Below, piece after piece: positions 48,233 to 56,415 of a DNA stretch of 64,000 nucleotides. Within the stretch, counting starts at the first letter, position 1. Every line of letters begins with the position of its first letter. The notes beneath the pieces were generated by a model. The model did no database searches. It was given only the letters and a program-made list of their open reading frames with translations, and was not told the DNA's origin. A program made the translations under genes and the position numbers. Source of the DNA: Labilithrix sp. (GTDB taxonomy: Bacteria > Myxococcota_A > Polyangia > Polyangiales > Polyangiaceae). Location: assembly GCA_039809525.1 (NCBI GenBank), contig JBDHVD010000003.1, positions 6 to 64,005 of the forward strand. The letters are read 5' to 3'.

Positions 48233-49162
48233 CTAACGGCGGGTGATGACGAGGACGCCCTCGTCGATCGCCTCGCGGATCACGCCCGGGAGGCTTTCGA
48301 GCGTGACGAGCTCGTCTTCTCCGGCGAGACAGACGCCGGAGTCGTAGACGTGGAGAGACAGCGCATCGACGACGCTGATGAAGCGCTCGTCCATGAACTG
48401 CCAAGTGACCTCGAGGTTGCCGTCGCCGAGGTATCGCGACGAGAGCATGCGTGCGTGCGCGGCGTCGAGCGCGCGCTCGGCACGCTCGGCGGCGTTCGCG
48501 ATCGTCGCCGCCTGCTGCGCGCGGTGCTGCATCGCAACACGAGCGCGGACGCGGTCGGCTTCGAGGACGCGCCGGCGTTCGATGCTGACGACGAGCTCGC
48601 GCGCGACGTCGCCGCCGCCTTCCGCGATGCGGACGGCGTGCGAAGCGATCTCGCGCAGCGAGACGACGATGCGCTCGCGACGCGCGACTGCGAGGCCGAG
48701 CGCGAGCCCGAACGCGATGCGGAGCGAAGAGGCGACGCCCTTCACGTCCGCGATCGGCTCGAGCTTCTCGAGGCGCAGGCGCGCCGTCTCCTCGACCTCG
48801 CCGTCGAAGTCCTGCGACTCGAAGACGAGATCGCCGGAGTGCCACCTCCGCGCGCGGACGATCGCGAGCGGCGGCAGCTCCTCGGCGGGGACGAGCGACA
48901 GACGATGCAGCTCGGGCGCGACCAGCCAGCCCGCGACGTGATGGCCGCGAGCCTTCGGGAGGCGCGAGAGGAGAGAGGGATCCGGCGACTCCACCGCCTC
49001 GATCGCGCGCGCGTCACGCCCGCGCACCTCGAAGCGGTGGAAGCCGGAAGGCGGCCGCGGCTCGGCGATTCGCAGCCTACGGTCCTTGCCGTGGGCGTAC
49101 GGGCCGCCGAGGTACGCGAGCACGACGTGCTCCGTCTTGTTCAGGAACTTGGAGTAGTCCAC
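48233..49162 (-). CDS. Protein with a C-terminal putative E2 (UBC-like) cysteine domain
   Basis: GTG start with AGGAGG; C-terminal beta strands followed by LHVYDSGVCLAGED and an amphipathic helix TLESLPGVIREAI; the Cys is the protein's only one. Confidence 0.6.
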   Translation of the reverse strand: MDYSKFLNKTEHVVLAYLGGPYAHGKDRRLRIAEPRPPSGFHRFEVRGRDARAIEAVESPDPSLLSRLPKARGHHVAGWLVAPELHRLSLVPAEELPPLAIVRARRWHSGDLVFESQDFDGEVEETARLRLEKLEPIADVKGVASSLRIAFGLALGLAVARRERIVVSLREIASHAVRIAEGGGDVARELVVSIERRRVLEADRVRARVAMQHRAQQAATIANAAERAERALDAAHARMLSSRYLGDGNLEVTWQFMDERFISVVDALSLHVYDSGVCLAGEDELVTLESLPGVIREAIDEGVLVITRR

Positions 49163-49183
49163 GCGGGACCTCCTGGTCCCTGC

Positions 49184-50962
49184 CTAAGAGGGGAGCTGCA
49201 GAATGGGCGTCCGGAGGACCTTCTCGAGCCAGCCCGTCTGGATCGCCAGCGTGCCCGGCCCGAGCTTCGGGGCCTCGAGCAGCGTGCGGAGCACGCGCGG
49301 CACGTTGTACGGGTCGTCGAACTGATCGATCTGGACCTCGGAGTACGGCACGCCGAGGGCGCGCGCGGTCTCCTGGACCGTGCGTCCGCGCGTACCGGAG
49401 ACGGAGACGAGGATCGCGAGCGCCGCGACCTCGTAGCCCATCTCGCGGAACGCACGCGCGAGCTGCGCGCCGTCCTCGCCGGCCTCGTCGCCGACGACGA
49501 TGACGATCAGCTTGCTGTCCGCCGGGACGCGCACTCCACTGTTGTAGAGTGCACGCACCGCGCTCGCGTGGACCGTTCCACCTCCCGCCTTGATGGCCGA
49601 GAGCATGTGCTGGACCGCCGCACGCGAAGGCGCCTTGGGCTCGAGCACCGTACCGACGGTGTCGAACGACGCGATGTGCACGCGCTCCTGCGGGAAGCCT
49701 GCGAGGATGCGCGACAGCGCCTCCTTCGACTTGTCGATCGCGCCTTCCATCGAGCCGGACTTGTCGATGAGGAACATGACGTCGACGGCCTGCTCCGCCG
49801 CCGCTTCCGCGACGGCCTTCTTGGCCGCGTTGTCCGACGCCTCTTCGAGCTTCGCCTGGAGCTCCCTGGAGCGGACGTTCTTCGCGATGGCGAGCGCACG
49901 CTGGTCGGTCGACGCCGCGATCGCCTTCTCCCAGCGCTTGCGGACCTCGGGCTCGGTCATGAGGCCGAGCTCCTCGAGCGTCGGGGTGAGCATGCGGAGG
50001 TCACGATCCGAGAGCGACGGCAGCGCAGAGACCATGATCGCGGGCGTGAGGCCGACCTCCTTCGGCAGGCGGCCGACCACGTCCTTGAACGAGAGCTTCT
50101 GCGTGACGATCACCTCACAAATCGAAGCCTCGGACAGGCCGTCGAACCGCTCGCGCTTCTGGAGCACGAGCGCGCCGAGACCGACGGTGCGGTGACCGCC
50201 GCTCGCCTGCTTCTGCTTCCAGCCGAGGACCTCGAAGAACGCCTGGGACTCCGGCTTGTAGCCGGCCTTCCGGGCGATCGCCTTGATCGTCTCCTTGTAG
50301 CCCGCCTTCACGAGACCCTGCAGCACGGCCGCGTTCTTCTCGCGGAGGGCGAGCCAGCGCGTCGCCGCGCGCTTCCAGCGACCGAGCGGCGCCTTCTTCG
50401 AGCCCGCGTCCGCGAAGCCCGCCATGCGGTTCAGATCCGCGATGGCCGGCGTCTCGAGCAGCTCGGCGACGCGAAGGACGGCCTTCGGCGTGAGCATCTT
50501 CGTCGACTTCTTCTCGTAGAAGAGGACCATCGCCTCTCCCGTCGCGCGATAGTCGTCGTCGTGGAAGCCGACGCTTCCGTCGTCGTCCATGATCGGCTGA
50601 CCGGCGTGCGGCTGCACGAGCATGAGCGCGGCGCACGCGACCTTGAGGTCACGCCACTCCGTGCTCGTGAGCGCGTAGCTCGCGAAGCGCGCGAACAGCT
50701 CGGCGTTGAGCTGGTAGATCTCGAGCAGCCGCGAGTAGAGGCGCTCGGCCGCCGGCACGAACAGGCCGGGCTTCACCGGCGTGGCCCGCGCGAGCAGATC
50801 CTTCTTCGCGCCGCGCTTCGGGTGCCACGTGCCCCCGATGTCGAGGCCGGGCCGGTTGTGCCAGAGGTGCGCGGACGAAGAGAGCACGAGGTCGAGCAGC
50901 TTCTCCGCCGGACCCTTCTGGTGCTCGTTCAGCGTGAACGTGGTGGTGGTGGTCGTCGTCAT
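49184..50962 (-). CDS. Divergent TROVE/Ro60-like protein with a C-terminal vWA domain (592 aa)
   Basis: MIDAS DKSGS, GGGT, VGDE; helical N-region with TROVE-like blocks NAELFARFASYA, WKRAATRWL, IARKAGYKP, DLRMLTPTLEELG; GGAGGAG RBS. The vWA call is firm; the TROVE call is inference. Confidence 0.75.
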   Translation of the reverse strand: MTTTTTTTFTLNEHQKGPAEKLLDLVLSSSAHLWHNRPGLDIGGTWHPKRGAKKDLLARATPVKPGLFVPAAERLYSRLLEIYQLNAELFARFASYALTSTEWRDLKVACAALMLVQPHAGQPIMDDDGSVGFHDDDYRATGEAMVLFYEKKSTKMLTPKAVLRVAELLETPAIADLNRMAGFADAGSKKAPLGRWKRAATRWLALREKNAAVLQGLVKAGYKETIKAIARKAGYKPESQAFFEVLGWKQKQASGGHRTVGLGALVLQKRERFDGLSEASICEVIVTQKLSFKDVVGRLPKEVGLTPAIMVSALPSLSDRDLRMLTPTLEELGLMTEPEVRKRWEKAIAASTDQRALAIAKNVRSRELQAKLEEASDNAAKKAVAEAAAEQAVDVMFLIDKSGSMEGAIDKSKEALSRILAGFPQERVHIASFDTVGTVLEPKAPSRAAVQHMLSAIKAGGGTVHASAVRALYNSGVRVPADSKLIVIVVGDEAGEDGAQLARAFREMGYEVAALAILVSVSGTRGRTVQETARALGVPYSEVQIDQFDDPYNVPRVLRTLLEAPKLGPGTLAIQTGWLEKVLRTPILQLPS

Positions 50963-50978
50963 GGAGGTCTCCTCCCGC

Positions 50979-51150
50979 GCGCTGGTGAGGAGCTCGCCGG
51001 CAGTGGCGAGTCGAGTCAGCGCACGACGGAGCTCTCTGGCGCGGACCTCCCGAGAACGCGCCGGAGCTTCGAGTCCCGCCAACGTTGGACCGGCGGCCCT
51101 CCTTGTAAAGGCCTCGGTCGCGGTGTTGAGATGGCCGAGGCGAAGGAGGG
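50979..51150. promoter_or_regulatory. Structured divergent intergenic region / candidate cis-regulatory or ncRNA element (three hairpins)
   Basis: Stems at 50979-51022, 51025-51075 and 51097-51150; the first two share GGAGCTC...TCGAGTC. Confidence 0.45.
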
Positions 51151-51153
51151 ACC

Positions 51154-51978
51154 GTGACCGAGGATCTGCTGAAGCGGTACGAGCGGGGGCAGCGCGCGGA
51201 GGTCTGGCGCGAGCTCGGCGCGGTCTCCGCGCTCGCGAGCTCCGACGCGGCGGCCGAGGCGCATGCCGTGGGCGGCGCGACGATGGCGCGCGTCCGGCGG
51301 AACGCCGAGACGCTGTCGGAGACCCTCGCGAAGCGAGGGTTCGCGCTCGACTTCCCGCCGGGGGAGGACGCCGCGCGCGCGACCCGGTCGGTCGGCGAGC
51401 CCGTGCCCGCGGCGGTGATCGCGGCGCGGCTCGCGCGGTGGGCGCCGCTGCCGGCGGCGCTCCAGGCATTCTGGGAGATCGTCGGACACCTCAACTTCAT
51501 CGGCTCGCCTGCTGACGGGGCGCACGCATGGCCGGGCGCCGAGCAGCTCGATCCGCTCCAGATCTACTCGCCCTTCGCGGTGGTCCACGAGCGTGACGAT
51601 GGCCGCGTCGCGGCTCCGCCCATCGCCCGCGCGAGCGGAGCGTCACTCGAGTCTCGCCTCGCGGCGATGTTCGCGCCCGACGAACCGGAGGAGGACGAGG
51701 CCGAGGAGCTCGACCCCGAGCACATCGTCATCACGCTGGACGGGTGCATGAAGACGAGAGTCGGCGGGGCAGGTCCCATCGTGGCTCGCACCGGCCTCAC
51801 CGCCGACGCGGCGCTCTTCTTCGAAGGCGCGCCGCTCCGCGACGACGTGGGGTGCCCCGGCGTGACCTTCGTGTCCTACCTGCGTCGTGGGTTCGCGTGC
51901 GGCGGCTTCTTCGGTCTCGATCCGGGGCGCAACGCGAAGCTCGTCGCGACGCTCACCCGAGGGCTAGAGCCCTTCTGA
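51154..51978 (+). CDS. Hypothetical protein, possibly SUKH/SMI1-like
   Basis: AAGGAGG RBS; LKRYERGQRAEVWREL, PLPAALQAFWEIVGHLNF, FVSYLRRGFACGGF. Confidence 0.6.
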   Translation: MTEDLLKRYERGQRAEVWRELGAVSALASSDAAAEAHAVGGATMARVRRNAETLSETLAKRGFALDFPPGEDAARATRSVGEPVPAAVIAARLARWAPLPAALQAFWEIVGHLNFIGSPADGAHAWPGAEQLDPLQIYSPFAVVHERDDGRVAAPPIARASGASLESRLAAMFAPDEPEEDEAEELDPEHIVITLDGCMKTRVGGAGPIVARTGLTADAALFFEGAPLRDDVGCPGVTFVSYLRRGFACGGFFGLDPGRNAKLVATLTRGLEPF

Positions 51979-53229
51979 CGACGGGCTCCGCGACGGGGGC
52001 GGCGCTTCGATCAGACACGCCTGCTCCGGTGCGATCACGCGATCCGGCACGCTCGCCCGAAGGAAGAAGGCCGCGCGCTCTGGCTCCGTCACGTCGTGAA
52101 CGACGAGTCGATTTCGCGCGAACCCGTCCGCGAACGCCTCCTCGACGCGCCATGTTCGGTGGTCGTAGTCGCGGTCCACGGTCACGCGAAGTCCCACGAG
52201 ATCCGCCGCGCGGACGGGCGAGAGCATCGCCTCGTCGACGGTGCCGCGCGCTGGGTCCGCGTCCACCGCGACGATGCGGCACGCGTTGCACGGGGCGAGG
52301 TCTCCACGCGTGACGACGCGCTGTCCATCGGAGCTCGTGGCGCGGTACCCGATGCAGGCGGTGCGATCGCCCGCGAGCGGCGCGATCCGGACGTAGCGCA
52401 CCTCCTCGTTGACGGGACCTCGGCGTTTCTCCAGCACGCGGTGAGCGAGCACGGCCGCGGGCATCGCCACGGCGAGCAACGCCAGCGGAGCGACGAGCGC
52501 CGTGAGGATCTGCTTCGTCAGCGGCTTGCGTCGTGCGAGCGCCGACTCGGCGACCGCGGTCTCCTGGTCCGCGAAGGAGCGCAGCTCCGTCGCCATCGCG
52601 TCGAGCGACGCCTGTCGGGGCAGCACGTTGTCCGACGCGCAGTGCACGCACCGAACGACCTTCGAGGACGCGCGAGGCTCGAGCGGTGCGCCGCAGCAGC
52701 GGCACGAGAGGCCCTCTTCGCCTCGCGCGGAAGGGCGCGCCCACAGCGCACGCGAGAGCTCGGCCGCGCGTAGCGCGAGCGTTCGGCGCAGCGCCACGCC
52801 GAGCACGATGAAGAGCACGAACGGTGACCAGGCCGCCGGCAGCACGGTGTAGAGGACGACGCGCCGATCGAGGATCGCGTAGACGCCGTCGTCCTGACCG
52901 AGCGCGTCGAGGAGCGCCGCGAGACCGATCAGGAACGCGACGAGGAGCGGGACGCCGGTCGCGAGCCACCACGCGAGGACCCGCCCGCCCTGACCCGGCG
53001 CGAGCACCAGGATGCGCTCGGAGGCGGAGAGCTGCCTCTGCCCGAGATCGAGGTGTTGAAGAGCGCGATGGGCGGCGAGGACGGCCTCGCGGACGTCGCC
53101 GTCGGGCTCGCCCTGCCAGTTGCACCGCTTGCACATGACGCGCACCGGGAGGGCGATCGCGATCGGACACGGCGCGCCACACGCGGGACACGCGGGCGTG
53201 AAGGTCCCTCGCGCGGCGGCCGTTCCCAC
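51964..53229 (-). CDS. Membrane protein with multiple Zn-ribbon CxxC pairs
   Basis: CPACG, CKRCN, CRCCG, CVHC; three hydrophobic segments. Confidence 0.6.
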   Translation of the reverse strand: MGTAAARGTFTPACPACGAPCPIAIALPVRVMCKRCNWQGEPDGDVREAVLAAHRALQHLDLGQRQLSASERILVLAPGQGGRVLAWWLATGVPLLVAFLIGLAALLDALGQDDGVYAILDRRVVLYTVLPAAWSPFVLFIVLGVALRRTLALRAAELSRALWARPSARGEEGLSCRCCGAPLEPRASSKVVRCVHCASDNVLPRQASLDAMATELRSFADQETAVAESALARRKPLTKQILTALVAPLALLAVAMPAAVLAHRVLEKRRGPVNEEVRYVRIAPLAGDRTACIGYRATSSDGQRVVTRGDLAPCNACRIVAVDADPARGTVDEAMLSPVRAADLVGLRVTVDRDYDHRTWRVEEAFADGFARNRLVVHDVTEPERAAFFLRASVPDRVIAPEQACLIEAPPPSRSPSSEGL

Positions 53230-53296
53230 GCGCCGATTCTACGCCGCGAGCGCGGCGCGGCGACTCGCGATGACGACGAGGCGGCGCGGCGGCGGC

Positions 53297-54685
53297 TCAG
53301 CGCGCGCGTCGCGTGACGAGCATCGCGAGGGCGATCGCGGCGAGCCAGCCGGCGATCGACGTCGCGCGGCGTGACGCGATCCGGCAGCCACATCCGTCGT
53401 CGGTCGCATCGCCCGCCGCTCCGGCGGACGGAGGCTCGCCGTTCGCTCCGGGGCCGGTCCCGCCCGAGGAGCTGCCGCTGCTGCTGCCCGCGTCCCCCGT
53501 CGGAGCGCCGGTGCCGCCGTCCGCGCCCGGCGACGGTACGGTCGCGCAGTCGCCGAGCGAGCTCTGGAGCGCGCCGAGATCGAACGGGCCGCTCCGCGTG
53601 CGCGCGCAGTAGTCGTCGGTGACACCGGGGAGCGCCGCGCCCTTGCCGAGCAGCGCGGACACGTCGCCCTTCAGCCGGAGATCGCCCGCGAGCGGCGCGA
53701 CGTACATCGCGTCGAAGTCGGCCTGCACCAGCGTGAGGTTGTCGGCGGTCTGGGGCGCGGCCGCGCCGTCGCGCGTGCGGATCTGTCCGGCGAGCACGTT
53801 GCCGCGCGCCTCGCCGCTCGTCGTGTCGTAGCGGAAGTCGATCCCCGACGTACCGACGAGCGTGTTGTGGAGGAGGTGCGAGCTCTTCGCGCGATTGAGG
53901 TAGATGCCGACGTCGGAGCAGCGCGCGACGATGTTGTTCCGCATCGTCCCGTTCTCGTGCTCGACCGCGCACTCCACGCCCGGATCGAACGCAGGTGCGC
54001 AGTACGCATTGCCGGTCCCGCCGCCGCCGAACGACAGGCCGATCGTCGTGCTCGCCTCCGTCGCGTCCGTCGTGCACAAGACGAGGTTCCGCTCGACGAG
54101 CCCGTTCTTGCCGCCGCTCTTGAGGAACACGCCGTACGTGACGCCGCCGCTCGTGCGGTGGAAGTCGTGCACGTAGTTGCCGCGCACGATCCAGTCGTCG
54201 CCGGTGTCGATGTTCAGCTTGGTGACGGGCGCGGACGTATCGCGCGCGTGGGTGTCGAACAGCTCGTTGTATTCGACGAGCCCGGCGTGCGGGATCGTCG
54301 CCTTGCCCACGCCGGCGAGCGACGCGTTGGCCTTCAGCTGCGCGTTGAAGTCGACGACGCGGCTCTGGCGCAGGACGAAGCCGACGGCGCCGCCGGTGAC
54401 GTGGAATGCATGCTCGCAGTCGGCGTCCTTCGCGCACACGCCGTGGATGTCGAGGCCCTCGAAGCGCCAGTACGCACCCGAGACCTTGAAGCCCTCCACC
54501 CCGCTGAAGTCGATGCGCGCCGCGAGCGGCGTCGCCGAGCGAACGACGATCGGCGCGGTCTTCGTGCCCGACGCGGAGCACGAGACGTCGCCGAGCGCGT
54601 AGGTGCCGGCGGCAAGGACGATCTCGTCGCCGGCCTTCGCGTTCTGGATGGCCGTCGTCAGCTCGGCGGCCGTCGAGACGTTCAT
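53297..54685 (-). CDS. Right-handed beta-helix protein (chondroitinase B/polysaccharide lyase-like) with a MYXO-CTERM-like tail
   Basis: AGDEIVLAAGTY, SGTKTAPIVV, beta-helix repeats, DLGA; tail GCGC...hydrophobic...RRAR. Confidence 0.8.
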   Translation of the reverse strand: MNVSTAAELTTAIQNAKAGDEIVLAAGTYALGDVSCSASGTKTAPIVVRSATPLAARIDFSGVEGFKVSGAYWRFEGLDIHGVCAKDADCEHAFHVTGGAVGFVLRQSRVVDFNAQLKANASLAGVGKATIPHAGLVEYNELFDTHARDTSAPVTKLNIDTGDDWIVRGNYVHDFHRTSGGVTYGVFLKSGGKNGLVERNLVLCTTDATEASTTIGLSFGGGGTGNAYCAPAFDPGVECAVEHENGTMRNNIVARCSDVGIYLNRAKSSHLLHNTLVGTSGIDFRYDTTSGEARGNVLAGQIRTRDGAAAPQTADNLTLVQADFDAMYVAPLAGDLRLKGDVSALLGKGAALPGVTDDYCARTRSGPFDLGALQSSLGDCATVPSPGADGGTGAPTGDAGSSSGSSSGGTGPGANGEPPSAGAAGDATDDGCGCRIASRRATSIAGWLAAIALAMLVTRRAR

Positions 54686-54686
54686 C

Positions 54687-55205
54687 TCAGCTCTCTTGAA
54701 CGGTGATCTTGTTCATCCGCACCGGCGTGCGCGGGCGATCGTTCGCGTCGGTCGGCGTCTTCTCGATCTTGTGCACGACGTCCATGCCCTCGATCACCTT
54801 GCCGAAGACCGGGTGCTTCGACGGACCGGGCGAGAACCAGTCGAGATACGAGTTGTGCACCGTGTTGATGAAGAACTGGCAGGACCCGCTGCGCGGCTGA
54901 CCGGTGTTCGCCATCGAGAGCGTGCCCGGCTCGTTCGAGAGCTTCGCGTTCGCGGGGTGCTCGTCCTCGATCGTCCCGTACGGGCTGTCGCCGGTGCCCG
55001 CGCGGCGGCTGCTCGGGTCCTTGCTGTGCGGACAGCCGAACTGGAGCATGAACTTGTCGATGACGCGGTGGAAGTGCAGGCCGTCGTAAAAGCCCTCCTT
55101 CGCGAGCTTCACGAAGTTGCCGGCCGTGATCGGCATCTTGTCGACGAAGAGCTCGACCTTGATGGTGCCGAGCGAGGTGTCCATGATCGCAATCGGGTTC
55201 GCCAT
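54687..55205 (-). CDS. Cyclophilin-type peptidyl-prolyl isomerase
   Basis: [38 protein letters not shown]. Confidence 0.97.
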   Translation of the reverse strand: MANPIAIMDTSLGTIKVELFVDKMPITAGNFVKLAKEGFYDGLHFHRVIDKFMLQFGCPHSKDPSSRRAGTGDSPYGTIEDEHPANAKLSNEPGTLSMANTGQPRSGSCQFFINTVHNSYLDWFSPGPSKHPVFGKVIEGMDVVHKIEKTPTDANDRPRTPVRMNKITVQES

Positions 55206-55245
55206 GACGGCGCACGGTATACGCGCCCCGAGGCGATGGGAATAG

Positions 55246-55743
55246 TCAGCGCCGGTCGACCTCGAACGGCAGCGCCATCGTCGCCGACTGCGCCTGCGGA
55301 AGGAACTCCCAGCTCTTCACGTGCGTCTCGATGCACGAGCGCATCGCGGGGCTCTCACCGGACGCGACGGCGTAACGCACCTTGCCGTCGGCGCCGACCT
55401 CGAGCGAGACCGTGAGCCGCGCGGGCCCGTCCTTCTCGACGCCCTGCCAGCAGGACTCGCCGATCTCGCGCGCGTGCAGCCGCGTGACGTTGTCCGTGAC
55501 CGCGCCCGACGTCGTCGTCGGTGCCGCGATCGCCGCGGCCGTGTCGCCGCCCCCGCGGCTCAGGGTGATCGCGAGGATGAGCACGAGGCCGAGGAAGATG
55601 CCGGCCACGAGATAGCCGGACATGCCGACCCACGCCGGGGGCAGGCGGGCCATGAGATCGCGCACGATGCCCGGAGGAGGGAGGCTCGCGCTCCCCGTCA
55701 GCTCCAGGGCGACCGGCACGTCCGATCGGCGATCCGTGCGCAT
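55246..55743 (-). CDS. Membrane-anchored AgmX/TonB-C-like protein (start uncertain)
   Basis: [21 protein letters not shown]; SCW...SCIE...WEF...LPF. Confidence 0.6.
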   Translation of the reverse strand: MRTDRRSDVPVALELTGSASLPPPGIVRDLMARLPPAWVGMSGYLVAGIFLGLVLILAITLSRGGGDTAAAIAAPTTTSGAVTDNVTRLHAREIGESCWQGVEKDGPARLTVSLEVGADGKVRYAVASGESPAMRSCIETHVKSWEFLPQAQSATMALPFEVDRR

Positions 55744-55969
55744 GCCGGGATGGTGCAGGAACGACATGACGCAACGCCTCGGTGCAACCGCCGCGCCGAC
55801 GTCGCTTGGATCGCGCGCGATCCGTGTGCTTTCTGGGCAACGTAGAAAAATATGGTCGCCGTCGAGCTGGTACGTCCGCGTGCCGGTGATCCGTGCGGGC
55901 GCGCGGCAGCCCTGCGGGGAACGCGAGATCCAGATGGAGCATCGGAGCGGAGCTATGCTCGAAGCCCCG

Positions 55970-56344
55970 ATGACCCTCTCGAACACGCCCCGTCTGGACC
56001 CCTCGTCGATCGCCGAGCCCGCGCTCGAGAAGATGCGCGGCTATCACGCCGACGTCGTGCGCGAGGTCAGCGAAGCCGTCCGGAAGCACGACGTCGTCGT
56101 CGTGGGGATGGCGCAGAACCCTCACGTGAAGAAGGTGAGGAAGGCGCTCGAGGAGGCGAACATCGCGTTCGAGTACCTCGAGTACGGCAGCTACCTCTCC
56201 GACTGGAAGAAGCGCCTCGCGATCAAGATGTGGAGCGGCTGGCCCACGTTCCCGCAGGTCTTCGTGAAGGGCGTGCTCCTCGGAGGCGAGGACCTGACGA
56301 GGGCGGCGATCGCCGACGGCTCGCTGAAGGCGCGGCTGGCGTAG
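55970..56344 (+). CDS. Glutaredoxin-related protein lacking Cys
   Basis: WSGWPTFPQVFVKGVLLGG (monothiol Grx signature); active-site position reads GMAQNPHV. Confidence 0.8.
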   Translation: MTLSNTPRLDPSSIAEPALEKMRGYHADVVREVSEAVRKHDVVVVGMAQNPHVKKVRKALEEANIAFEYLEYGSYLSDWKKRLAIKMWSGWPTFPQVFVKGVLLGGEDLTRAAIADGSLKARLA

Positions 56345-56415
56345 GCGAATCGACCGGCCCTCTGCGAGGGAGGCGCGCTGCACGCGTCGCGCACCGCGGG
56401 TGCGCCTCCGCGCGA

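Noticed and set aside
50982-51017. CTGGTGAG...CGAG resembling a hammerhead ribozyme core
   Set aside because: Lacks the invariant CUGANGA and GAAA
51061-51096. TTCGAGTCCCGCC resembling a tRNA T-arm
   Set aside because: No paired T-stem, D-arm or anticodon arm could be built; not called as tRNA or YrlA
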